Positions 12,987-28,064 of a DNA stretch of 64,000 nt are shown one piece after another (within the stretch, counting starts at the first letter, position 1; every line of letters begins with the position of its first letter). The notes beneath the pieces are model-generated. The model did no database searches. It was given only the letters and a program-made list of their open reading frames with translations, and was not told the DNA's origin. Both the position numbers and the translations under genes were made by a program. Origin of the DNA: Amoeboaphelidium protococcarum X5 (Eukaryota; Fungi; Aphelidiomycota); contig JALDTO010000136.1 of the NCBI GenBank assembly GCA_023515725.1, positions 124,001 to 188,000 of the forward strand, read 5' to 3'.

Positions 12987-13350
12987 AATGTATCCGCTCA
13001 TAATTGAAAGAGTTTTTGAAGTACTGATTTGAAAAATTTAATTTTAATTGTTTTATCGTTAATGATGCCAATGTTTTCTAGTTTCAACTTTCTTTCGAAT
13101 GAGATCAGATCGACATTGTCCCGCGAATGATGAGCGACGGTTTCTAAGAGATGCGCGCTCATCGGTATTGAAACAAAGCGATGTCCTGCATCTGAATCGT
13201 TAGCAACGGGAATTCCGAAGCCACAGCTCTCTTAAAAATAGACACTGATTGTCGTTACACACCCATCTGCCATCTCTCTCTTCTTCATATCAACTTTACT
13301 TGGTAGATAGCAAATAGTACAACTAAACCAACAGCAAAACAATATCAGAA

Positions 13351-13860
13351 ATGCCTCTGTCCGATTTTAAGACTCCTTTCAACCTGGTTATCAGTGCCTT
13401 CTATATGGTAGGATGGTTCCTGCAGGTCATTGGTTACGGCTTGGCTAATGTGACCGGTGCAGTTGGGTTTACCTTGTTCTTGTCTGTACTGGTTTAAATT
13501 ATGTGGGTTGGAATCACTGTTTAGTATGGATCCATTGCTCAGTATCGTCTGCTGCTGATTAGCTTGTTGATCATCGTCACCACTTCGGACATGGGCGCAG
13601 CTGGATCTGTTGCAGCCCTTAATGGCTTTGGTGCCGGTGTTGCTGGTCTTAATTTGGGAATTCTTCCAACTGCTTTTAATATGATTGGAGCTGGTGGAGT
13701 TATCAAGTCTATTGCTGACTTTGTCCTGATCTTTGTCTGGGGCTCTGAGCCTGGCTCTGTTATTGCGGAGGCCGCAAACGGTGTTTTGCCAGAAGGTGTC
13801 AAGGTTGCTAAGCGTCCACAACAGGAGATGACTGCAGCCACTGCTGAGACCAAGGTATGA
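13351..13860 (+). CDS. Four-TM Sho1-like membrane protein, no SH3, copy B
   Basis: 170 codons. SIAQYRLLLISLL and GAGGVIKSIADFVLIFVWGSEPGS are paralogous to copy A; ends ETKV. Confidence 0.65.
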
Positions 13861-14411
13861 GGTATGATAATGAGTAGTTGAGAGTAATATGGTGAGTAAA
13901 TGTAATCAAAACCTTGATCCTTTCTAATTTCTTTTGCACTTGAAACAATACTTTAAGCAGTGAAAGTCAACCAAATCTCTTCTTATCTACATTGATACGC
14001 AAACACCAGTAAAAAGAGATATAGGACGTAAGTTGCACATATGTTACCTCATTATGCAATGTCTTTGTTACCCTCGTCTTCATTAAAAACAGAAACTATA
14101 CAGCTCGGATACTTTCACTGTATTGACGCGTCAGCCTCTCGAATAAAGCAACCAATGTAAATTGTAACCTCCCGCCATATTAACAAGATCCAGACTTGTA
14201 TTTCAATTCAAAAATGAGATCTTTCTTGGTCAGATATAGATATGCTTATCCATCGTTTCAAGACATGATTAAAACGAGATATGATCTGATTCAAATCCAT
14301 CTTTAACTGTAAAATGACGTCACTTTCAGTATTTCATCATCATCATCAACTCGTATGAATCTGCCCCTGTATGTACCTCATATCCACTTCTTCCTCTTCT
14401 ACATTAAAACG

Positions 14412-14978
14412 ATGAAATTTTTGACAACTGTATTTTTGCTACTCTTACAGTTATAGCTTCTTCTATCAATCAACGCAATGTCTGTCAATACTAAAGAGCT
14501 AATTACCAATGTGTTCAGGATGTACACTACCAAATCTCACGAGGAGTAGAAATAGCTACTACAAAAGTATTTTGCTCCTAATGTCACTTTCGAAGATCCT
14601 CTGATGCGTGTCCATGGTCATAAGAATTATAGAGTCTAGTTCCATTCTCTGATCAAGCTATTCAGTGATATCAAGATTGATTATGATGTCTCCAAGTACC
14701 AAACAGTCAGTCCATCCCCTGCCAGGCCCGATGGTACAGACTTGATCATTCCTAATCAGTAGCACTACGTCTTTAAGAAGGATGGCTTCATCTCTAGGCG
14801 TCTCTTCCCGGACAAGGTTGACTTGGACACCGTGACAACTATCACGGTGGTTGATGGAAAGATTGTATCCCATCGCGACGTGTGGATCGGTAATAAGGAG
14901 TCCACTATCCACTAAAAGTACACTAAACCGTTGTTGGGACAGGTGGTTAGTGTCACATTGAGACTTATTGGATGGTGA
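14412..14978 (+). CDS. NTF2/SnoaL-like fold protein with hydrophobic N-terminus
   Basis: YFAPNVTFEDPLMRVHG...QFHSL and ITVVDGKIVSHRDVW; 189 codons. Confidence 0.75.
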
Positions 14979-15059
14979 GGTAGTACAGTTGTAAATGGTA
15001 AATGTGAAAGAGTTGAATGATTAATAAATTCAGTACTGTAAAAGCTAAATCTTAAATGA

Positions 15060-16126
15060 TCAATGCTCATTTAGCCATTTATACACAACACTAAAGTCTT
15101 TGTTTTAGTTATCGTCTACTGCAGCTGCAAGACGATAAACTTCACGCGTGATAGCACCAAGCGGTAGTGGTGACTTGACCTTTTCAGCACTCTCCAGAGC
15201 CAACTTGATATCTTTTTACATGAGCTACATTCCGAATCCAGGCTTGTATTGATTCGATGATGGAGCCACGTCGAGGACACTTGGGTGCGGATTATATTTT
15301 GTCAAAGACCAAGACTGACCACTGGACACATTCATAATCTGGCTCAGAACTGTCGCATCAATACCTAAGCGTGTACCCAAAGTTAGAGTCTCACTAGTGG
15401 CCAACATTCCAATTGCGAGCATGAGATTGTTGCACAATTTTGCAGCCTGGCCATTCCCAGCTGCTCCACACTGAAAGAAGTTATGTCCCATAGGCTGCAA
15501 AACTTATTTAACCTTCTCAAATGCCGTCACATCCTCAGTCCCTACCATGAAGGTTAAAGTGCCATTTTTAGCTCCTCCTTGACCGCCTACATAAAGTTTC
15601 CACATTACATGGTGATATTGATCCTTCAACTTCATTGTCTCAACTTACCGCTAACAGGAGCATCAACTGCAATGTGTCCAAGGCTTTGCAATGCCTCGCT
15701 GCATTCTCTACTTGTCAATGGATCGATAGTACTGCAATCTATTATAATCTTTGTAGGTCTTTGCGTAGATCCTTGAGCTTTAAGACCCACCAGCAGAGAA
15801 TCTTTCCCACTGAGCCACACGGATTTGACAATCTAAGGCGATGGAAGCATAGTAATCACAGCATCACTCTACTAGACAACTTCTGCAGGGGAATTCGCCA
15901 CCTTTATGACTTTGTTGAAATCTTTCGCTTGCTCCTAGAATAGACGCAGATTGTCATAGTTGTTCTCAAGTACAGTGAAGCTGTTACTAGCACCAGTCGG
16001 GTCATACAACTTTTGCAGTATGTTCCTTGCCATTGGATTTCCCATCGCACCGAGACCGATAAATCCATACTTTATAGGCAAAGCTCTAGTTGCCATTTAG
16101 CTGTACAAACGTCTTGCTGTTATCAT
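15060..16126 (-). CDS. HIBADH: 3-hydroxyisobutyrate dehydrogenase
   Basis: GFIGLGAMGNPMARN, DCSTIDP, DAPVSGG, GNGQAAKLCNN, KDFSVVY; intron 15587-15648. Confidence 0.92.
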
Positions 16127-16366
16127 AACTCTATGATGTTATTAACTATGCTTATACAGTGAGAACTTGACTTATATAAACAAAGTAACAATGGTAACAG
16201 AGCTCTCTGACACGCTGAGAAATTGACGCGACGCGAGAGTTTGTGCACGTTTCCACCTTAGGGAGCTTAATGAAATGTACATTTATATAGGCATAATACC
16301 GTAGGGAAAATTTTAATTAAGAAAGCGTTGAAAATATTCCAGTAGCAATGTATTAATCTTGACTCA

Positions 16367-16390
16367 TTAATTAATTAATTAATTAATTAA
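16367..16390. repeat. (TTAA)6 self-complementary microsatellite
   Basis: Perfect ttaa x6 immediately 3' of the elongase stop codon. Confidence 0.9.
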
Positions 16391-16396
16391 GTAATC

Positions 16397-17488
16397 TCAT
16401 TCTCCCTTCTTCTTGGAAACGCCTGCAGACGCCGCCTTCTTTCCACCAAAATAAGTCTCAATGAAAAACTGAATGAACAGGATCAAGTAAGAGTTGATGA
16501 CCAGCAAAGCAAACACTCCTGAGACTAGATCACCGTAACAGCCAGCTCTATCTTCATACACGTAACCACCCAATACCAGGGGATTGTTTGGCATCAGACC
16601 ACGTCCCAGCGTCTCCCAAGTCGGGGATAGGAAGTACTGAATAGCATCTACTGGAATCAGATTGAACGCAAATTAGTTCAAGTAGTTCAAATTGTTCTTC
16701 AAGATCACAGGGTATCTATGATTGATTCCAACCCAAAGACAGTAATTGATAACGACAACATCAATCACAAACTGAACAATCTACATCGTGGTCAAGTGAC
16801 GCTTCCACCAGATGACTTTACGCGGCCGGTTCGGAGGAGGTGGAATACTGGTAATAGCATAGTAGTAATACATGATTACGTGTACAAACAGATTGATAGT
16901 GATCGGTACCCATTGCAATGCAGTGCGGCCTTGGAGCTGAGTAAAGCACAACAGCATGGTCATGGCATGATGGAACCAGTGCAAAAAAGGCACACGCTTA
17001 CCCTTCAAGATCATGAATATGGTGTCGATAAACTCATAATACTTGAATAGATAATTGACAAAGTAGAACAGCTAAATACGCTTATCATCTTCAAAGCTAT
17101 CGTGGTGACAGAAGGCCCACATGAGTCCATGATTAATGGCTCTAGGCACCAGATTCTCCAAAATCAACCCAAGCAATAATAAGGAGCCAGCCGATAAGAT
17201 TACATTATGAGCCAGGAAGAGAGTATTCAGCACGGTGTATCGCTCGCCATCTTTGGACGCAGCAGCTTTCACAGCTTTCCCATTTACAGTCGCTGTAGAT
17301 GGCTAACCACTTTTAGATACAAATTTCGGTAGAGTGAACACCATAGTCACGTACAATACCAGCATTGCCACGACAAAACGCAGATCCTGAAATACAGATC
17401 CATGCAGCGAGAAATTGAACTGGGACGCGTTCAGACCAAGCAGCTACTCCGCAGGCTAAACAGTCAATTTATAAAGAATTTCAACCAT
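16397..17488 (-). CDS. ELO-family fatty acid elongase
   Basis: KYYEFIDT, FLHWFHH, NLFVHVIMYYYY, TTMQIVQF; C-terminal dilysine KKKGE; 364 codons. Confidence 0.93.
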
Positions 17489-17803
17489 TGCAATCTTTCT
17501 TGAATTGATCAGATACTTTAAATCAGAAAAGGGGATGGATAATCACTCTACTCTACTCTTAAGAATCAACAACGAGATGATTCCGACATGAGCAGGAGCT
17601 GGTCGCATTCTTCGGAGCGCCTGATCTGACCCCTTTCAATACAACTCCGCCTGCGCCATTCGCGTCGCGATCAACGGGAGTTGCTTCAACTGGAGCATCT
17701 AAAGTATGAGCGGTTTCTTCCCTTTTTATTTTTTCAGTCAAAATTGGCAGTTTTAACGTCTTGACTTTGAACTATAATCATAGGCGTCGCTTTGACTTAT
17801 GTT

Positions 17804-18985
17804 ATGTAGTCTGAAGTATTTGGCTTACTCCCTGGTTATAGAGCTGTTTAGCCTTTTCGTACTAATGTCTTGTTAAAAGAGACTTCACTGTAAAGCGTAT
17901 CGCTAGCAAATGATGGTAATGGAAATGCTGGTTAATTGGAGTAGTCGAAACAAATGTACTTTTTTGGTTAACTGCCTCTCTACAGAGTATAAATCGCTGG
18001 CTGGATAGTTTCCGCTAAAGTAAGCCGAAATGAGCAGTGGATCGAATTTGAAGTTGATGACGCCTCTGGACTTTTGAAATGTTCTGTGCATTGCGATAAC
18101 GTGGATCCATCTGCGTTTAGGTAGAAGTACACTATCGGTAGTGTTGTATCCGTTATTGGTGCTCTCGGCTAGTGTGCGTCTTTTGAAAACAGCGAATACC
18201 CTTAACTGAGAGTATACCAATTGTAAAGGATTGATCAGGTGGATGAAGCGCTGCATTATGCTAGATGCGAAAGGCATATCTAACAGATTAACGCGTTATG
18301 TTCTGAACGTAAACGCCTGCCTGACTATATGATTAAACTTATTCAAACTCATTCTACATTGTAAGATATAGAGGATGATGACTCTATCATAGAGCAAGAC
18401 TAACTCTCTATTGATTTGTTAACCTTTGTGATTAGATAAGAATTGGATAGAATTTATAAGCAATACCATCAAGTTAATAATGGCGAGTGTGAAATCAAGA
18501 TAGCAGAACTTCTGAATTTACAAAGGATGAAGCCCATTTCACGTTGCTGGAATAATAAGCTTGGTCGGGATCAATTTAAAACTGCGCTAAATAATGCTCT
18601 GAAGTAATTGGTTAATGATGGATTAGTATTTAAAGAGGATGAACAGTATTTTATGATTGGAAAGTTTGAAGTTGCTGCTGATATTATCAGCTTATTCGCG
18701 TGGAAGAGCAAGTCAAAGATCCGTAAAGCTTTGAGTGATAAAATGTCAATAATGACTTAACAATCATAATTTTTGAGTTAAGTGGAGTAGATAGAGTAAG
18801 ACTTAGAGGGTGGTGCTTCATATTATGATAATGGTTTGAACTTGGAGGACATTAGAAAATGGATTGGTGACTTGACGCGGTATGAAAAGTTACCTTATAA
18901 AACTTTTATGGACGCCATGAGCTATCTTGTTGATGAAGGTGTTATTTTTGAAGAAAGCAATCAAAGATACTCTGTAGTATAATGA
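17804..18985 (+). CDS. STN1: STN1-like OB-fold plus two winged-helix domains (CST telomere complex)
   Basis: Absent from the ORF track. YFFGQLPLYRVQIAGWIV...EVDDASGLLKC...IGSVVSVIG; C-terminal LVNDGLVF and LVDEGVIF wHTH-like repeats; 394 codons. Confidence 0.72.
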
Positions 18986-19082
18986 TGAACATATTTGATG
19001 CATAAATTGCCATTATATAAAACATACATTCAATTACTGTCTTCAATCCGTATTTAATCACTCTAAGCAATTGAATATCAGA

Positions 19083-20241
19083 TCAAACTTACTCTTACGT
19101 GTCATCCAGTGCAGCAGTCTTAAATATATTCAATCCAGGTAGTCTCTTTTTTAACTTGGATGGCATAGCGAAAGTGGCAAATTTATTAGCTTTCACCGCT
19201 TCCTTTGATATCGTAAAATCATTTAATCCTTAGTTTGCAACCTTCAAATTATACTAATACTCATACTAGATTGACCATCCATTCTCGGTGAAATACTGTT
19301 GCTTGAGCAAGCTCGCTGCAGACGGCCTCAAAGCAGGTGTGTATTACAGGCATTTCGAGATGAACTTGAGAGTACTTTCGCGCAGAACGTTGATATAAGT
19401 AGCTCTTAAATCTGTGGAAGATCTCTTGGTGAACGGAAACTTGTTTGAGTTCTATTATTGATGAGAATATACTAGCTAAAATTATTCTATCAGATTTCTT
19501 GGAAACGGACCTAGCATGTCTTGTACCATTTTAATCTAATCAACATCGCTTCGACCTGGAAACATTGGATTCCCAGTCACACATTCTGGAATCAGAAGCG
19601 CGAGAGCCCATATATCTACAGCTTCATTATACGTGTTGGATCCGGTCAAAAGTTCAGGCGCTCGATACCAACGCGTGGCAACATACTCTGTCATTCTATC
19701 TACTCCATCAGCCCGAAGCTTGGTGCGCGCGAATCCGAAATCGCATAATTTCACCAGTCCATCTTTAGTTATCAGAACATTCTCAGGCTTGATATCGCGA
19801 TGCACGTAATTAATACCGTGCATATACTTGAGTGCTTGCAGTAGCTACCACATATACATTTTCACGAGCCCTGGCTTATCATTGTCGCCCATACCTTCGG
19901 GATGCCTTTAAATTTCATCTAACAGTGAGCGATCAGCGTATTCAAAGACCATATGGAGTCGATCGCGGTGCTGAAATTCATCAACTAGTTTAATAATATT
20001 AACATGCTTTAAAGCCTACAACAATGTTATGACTAAAGTATTAAAATATTACAAGAAGGCAGTTTAAGCTTACTAAAAGAACCTTTATCTCTCTGTTCAC
20101 CGTGTTTTGAGTGTGCTGATCAGTGAGCGGATCTTTGAAACGTTTGATCGCCACCAGCTTTCCTGATTTCACACATTTGCACTTTAAGACGACACCATAG
20201 CCACCCTCACCGATAGCTTATATCTTTTAATACTTTTCCAT
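19083..20241 (-). CDS. CDKL-family (CDK-like) kinase
   Basis: MEKYQKIQAIGEGGYGVVLKC, VAIKRFKD, KLCDFGFAR, MTEYVATRWYRAPELL; intron 20016-20073. The extreme 3' end is uncertain. Confidence 0.85.
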
Positions 20242-20410
20242 TTAGTGTCAGATGATATTTGAATATAATGGATAATTTTTGCTGATAAAATGCACCTAGA
20301 TAAAGGTAAAATGCTATTATTATATCGCGTCTACCTATAAACGTCTAAAAATATAATACTCAAATTTCTATCAATCACTTTACACACACACATGGTACTT
20401 GGCAATAGGG

Positions 20411-22783
<2,373 letters not shown>

Positions 22784-23273
22784 TATTAAGATGGATTAAT
22801 ACTGAATATTGGATTTTTACAGGATGATATAATTTTACGGGCTTAAGTAATTGCTTACTAAATAGCAGTCCCAAAGAAGAAGATTACCCCTCACAATGAG
22901 GGCAATGATGGTCGCGTTTGATTAGCTTAAATTGTGCCCCTTGTTGCGGAAACGGTCGATCTTTCATTGTGGTTATGGATTAAACGCATTGTTATCGAAT
23001 CTTATGCTATCGTAAGAGAAAGTAAGTCAAGTCCAATCTAATACGCGTCAAAGATACTTCTTCCAAATCTAACAAAGGTGCATATACTACATAGATGGTA
23101 AATTGAGCTGATCATCATCAATAAAAAAAAATGTAAAACTGATTTGTTTCATGTTGCTAAGGTATCAAATTTAAACGCTGATTTCGACTTGCCTGCTTAC
23201 ACTCTTGTAGACGATCTTTGATTTATATACCAAGGACCTTTAGTTAAAACAGAGATCAACTTCCAAGATAATA

Positions 23274-24209
23274 ATGTCGCTCATCAGTATCAATCCGAAA
23301 GAGTTGCCGATAGAATTGTAAGAAGCCCGAACTGCGGTTGTGGGAATATCAGTCATTGTCACATGTATAGTCCATCTGATTAGCATCAATCTATTTGTGC
23401 AGTATAAAACCAACTTCAATATATTTGTTGCATCTACATACTACTTTGGTATCTTGGCCGCTGTAGCTAAATTATTTTATGAGCTAGATCCGTACAATTA
23501 GGAAAAGGCCACTAATATTGGTGAAGTTGCCTTGGCTGTGGCAATGTCTCTCCATGAGACTCTAGTTGTTTATCGATTCACGATATTGAGCGCTAACAAG
23601 TTCAAAATCAGCAGATTAAGCAGACCTATCTGGGCATCTATATGGATCGCTTGTTTATACAGAATTATCGCAGAGTTTTTACCTAAGGAAGGTGGGTTCA
23701 TTGTGGCCAAAATCATAGCCTCGTATCTGTTCTACGCTTACATTGTGATCATGGATATTGTTCTCTCCATGATATCGTTTAAATTGATCTACGAGATCAA
23801 AAAGAATTTACTGATGGGTACACCCGATACGCGAGCTCTCGCACTTGTGCGCAGTGTTCAGAGACTGATAGGAAGTGAGATAGTGATTGCTTTAGCCGCG
23901 CTCTTCCTCAACCTTCCTCTATCTGATGATCCCAAAGAGCCTATCAACGCGCTTGTCAAACCATTGACAGACTTTTGTATTTACTTGGCTGGTTACTGCG
24001 CGCTTGTCTACGCTGCATCTCTCATGAAGTTGATCACTCTGAGGCCTCATTTGAAGAACGATCCGTCGATGCTCTCACCTCAAGGCCAGGCAGCGATCAA
24101 GGATTCCATCAAGGCCAGTAGTAGAATGGCATTAGAAGATGCAGCGGCGAAGGATTCATAAAAAGTACTTCCAGTGCAATCGGAGTTAGGAACCACCAAA
24201 ATATTATGA
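23274..24209 (+). CDS. Seven-TM GPCR-like membrane protein
   Basis: 312 codons, about 7 hydrophobic helices, VVYRF at the end of TM3, polar C-tail. Confidence 0.6.
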
Positions 24210-24354
24210 ATTTCTATGTATCGGCCTCTTTGAGCATTTCAATTTTTAGACACGTTTTTCTCGACGATTCGCGTTTACTCTAACTTTTACATTCGCTGAC
24301 ACTCTCTAAATTAATACTAGGCTAATAACTCCTTTAACGACTCAGTCCACTGCT

Positions 24355-25128
24355 ATGAGCGGTTCTACATAGAAAATACGGTATGAAATGCATCTTTATA
24401 GTGAATTCTATTTGACTCTATACAGTATGTAGGCACGAATGGTATTAAAACGATTCCCAAGTCGTGATATCCGTATTTGCTAAATAATGTAAAGATGATC
24501 AAGTGAAAGTGGAATTCCAACCCAAAGCTGTAATTGTTTTATATTCTCATTCGGATTAATTAGTACAAAACGATTATTGGTTGGTTTGTAGCTCACAGTG
24601 ACGATTAAACTGCCTGAATCTGAATATGTGCTTGATCTTGAGCCTCTCGCCCATGAAGTTGTGCCTGAAGAATCCTGTTACACAATCATGCAGACCAAAG
24701 TTGAGATCAAACTCAAGAAGCAGTAAATTGGAATTAGTTGGGGATAGCTAGAGGGGGAAGATGTGCCCACCGTGATGGGTAAGTTTGATGCATTTTGTAT
24801 TTCGCATATCTAATACTGTACTAACATTGTTGTAGCCTCAATCAGCCATGATAAACCACCGGCTTATCCATCGTCGTCCAAGAAACACGTCGACTGGTCC
24901 AGCGTGGAGAAATCTGTAGTAGAGGAAAAGCCAGAGGGAGAACAAGCACTGAATGCTCTGTTTCAGAAGATTTATTAGGACGGCAACGATGAGGTGCGAC
25001 GTGCGATGGTAAAGAGTTTCACTGAGAGTGGAGGTACCACATTGAGTACTAACTGGAATGAAATTGGCAAAGAGTCGACACCTATTCGACCGCCTGATGG
25101 AGTTGAGGCACGAAAATGGGAAACTTGA
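24355..25128 (+). CDS. SGT1: SGT1 co-chaperone (CS+SGS domains, no TPR)
   Basis: RHEWYQ, TKVEIKLKK, YPSSS, ALNALFQKIY, RRAMVKSFTESGGTTLSTNW; introns 24381-24432, 24530-24591, 24779-24835. Confidence 0.92.
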
Positions 25129-25231
25129 ATCTTTTCGGAATAATTATTAACTTTGTCTGTTTACCTCATTATCTCAATGTCGAAATGTTTTATCCTTGGT
25201 AATCCTCCATCCTCTCCAATGTCCTAATATT

Positions 25232-27891
25232 TCAGCCTTATTTCTTCATCTGATTGATTAGATCGACGCGTAGATCTTTCAAATGCTGTATCAGCTCTTC
25301 TTAACTATACAGGTTGGACTTTTGAAGGTTCTGCAAATGAGATGCCAACTTATTCGCAATGTTTCTTCTTGAACCTTTGGTGGCCTTTGAGCACAACTTC
25401 ACGTACAGCAACTATTTGCTTACCTGATCCGACACTACTTGCGCCATATCGATAACCTTTGGAGGAAACTGTTCCATTCTTGCCAGTTTGATTCCGTAAG
25501 AGGTGACTTCATTGGAACCAGCGTGCACTGAATAGGTGTAGCGTACTGTGGAGTCCGACACTTCAGTTTGGGCACCAGTTTGGTCATCAGCTTCCACCTG
25601 CAAATGTAAATTCACCACATTCGAATAAATTTCCAGCATATGAGCCAATTCGGCAAAGTGAGTGACAAAGAAAGTCGTACATTTCGACTGTAACAGATAC
25701 TCACTCATTGCGAAAGACAGAGACAATCCATCAGTCTGAGATGTCCCACGACCAAGTTCATCAATGATTATTAAACTTTAATCACCGACATTATTCAATA
25801 TGTATGCCATATCACGCATCTCAGTCATGAAAGTACTCAAGTTTGACTCAGGTTCATCAACAAAGCCCAATCTGGTGAACACGGATTTGAAGATAGGAAT
25901 ACTTGCTTGCTTACACGGAATGAATGAGCCCATATGTGCCATGATGACCAACAGAGCAACCTGTCTCAAGTATGTAGACTTGCCGCTCATGTTGATGCCA
26001 GTTATCAGCTGAAAATTACCGCCAGGGAAGGCGAAAATATCGTTAGGGATAAAACCAACTTAAGACTTGCTTTTAATCGGGTGATATCCTTCATTAATCG
26101 ATAGCAGACCTCCAAATTACGGGCGAACGACATATGGGGCAGTTAAAGCATACTGAGCGAGACTCAAGAGATAGTCCAATTATGCCACAGATTCAGAAAC
26201 TTTGTACAAGACGCCTAGGTGCTCAGAAATAGCCTCAACTAGCAATTTCAACTTAGCATTACTTTGGCTATATATTTCATTGACAATATTGACCAACTTC
26301 ACATTCAATCGGATCATTTCCATCGTAGTAAACTCAACCAGGGACTTCTTTTTCTAAACAACGTTAGTGAAGATACTGGGAAGATTAGACTTGCCATTTC
26401 TCGACATCACACATGGACTTGATGAAGATAAGAAGTACTACCCCTTGGCAGCATTAAATTGTAGCTTGAGCTCAAAATCGTTCTCAAATTACGACTAATA
26501 CAATTTGAACGCTTCTTGGATCCTAGCCGTGACTGCTTCATACTACAAACGCATCCTGTGCAACAAAGAATCAGGTCCCGCCTAAATACAATGCAATTTT
26601 TGACTATAACTCAACTTAACATTATTATTAATGCCCGAATCGAACGTGACAACGCGTTCAATTTATGATACAATATTCTTAACATCGGTGCTGTGTAAAT
26701 CTTGAGACAATTGCATCGTGAGTGGATTCGACACGCCCTACAACAGAAGCTACCCGATTTACTTACACAAGCGCAGCGAGTAGTAAAGCTCCAAACATCG
26801 TTGAAGTGGACCTTGTTAAATAGATCCATCATGAAGTTGAAGACCTGAAAAGTAGAATTAGAGGCTATCCAAGTCAGGAAACTACTTGAGAATATTTTGC
26901 AGTTGATTTATCAAAGGCGGATTAGATTTCAGAGCCTCGATACTAAACTGCCATCCTTCCAGCAATTATTGGTCAGTGGATGGCTGTAAAATGTTGTAAC
27001 GCAGAAGCCTGTATCCCATCTTGGTGCTGATAGACTCGAAAAGTCCGATCATTGAATTTTTACTTCCTCCATCGACCGTGTTGGCGACTAACTCCAAGTA
27101 GTACGCAGAATGGAAATCGATCAGCAGAGTCTTTTACAAATTGTGATACTTTACATTGACACTATTCGGGCGGATTGAAGCTGCATTCGTCACAGAGTAT
27201 CTACATGCATTTATCTAATATGAGAGTGGACATAAATACGCAATTACGAGGTAACGAACCTGAACAGAGCGGATAGTGCGGCTTGCGCGTAGACTTTATC
27301 CACAAGCAAGGCAGATAACATGTTACAATCATTAGCAAATCGCTTCAACAGCGCCAAACCTTCATCTTGATCATAACTTTAATGATGAGCAGGTACCAAC
27401 TTAATGTACGGAAACTTTTGCTGCACAGTTTCAATTAGGTATGCGTAATCAATCTCGGCAGATTTAGATGGGAGAACCAACTACAATAAGAGAAGTGTGA
27501 CTTGACGCGACAAAGTGAAACGAAACGAGACTTACCTCTTCCGGCTGAAACAGATTGATTTACTGCAACGTTCTGCTGAACGTCAGATTATCAGTAAACT
27601 ACACACCATCATTTAATTTTTAGTTTGCATGCATAATTATATAAAGTTTCAACATACCTCACTCATGTGCAATTGATAACCATTACTTTCTGACATGACA
27701 CATGCTCCAATAATCTTCTGCTTGACATTGTACTCACCAAGGCACATGAAATTACGCGTGTTGGCAGATCCAGCCGATATACTTGTTCCAAGACGACTTG
27801 TATTAGACGTCTTTGGTCTTGATACTTTACTAACATCACGTATAGTAGAAGAATTTTGGTTGTACTCCAGACTTGATACAGACTTGGACAT
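25232..27891 (-). CDS. MSH4: Meiotic MutS homolog MSH4
   Basis: FQLITGINMSGKSTYLRQVALLVIMAHMGSFIP, STFMTEMRDMAYIL, IIDELGRGTS. No mismatch-binding domain I. Three short introns in the 5' part. Confidence 0.85.
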
Positions 27892-28064
27892 ATTTATTAG
27901 AGGGTACGTGCAAGTACAGATGAATTTTACGTGAAAGAGAAGGGGAAAAAGTTTTAAAGCAAAGAGATCTGAAACAGGATGTTTAAAGTAATCATCACTA
28001 TTAATTAAATTCCATCAGCACATCAATCATCACTAATAATCATCATGGGACAAAAACTCTAGAC

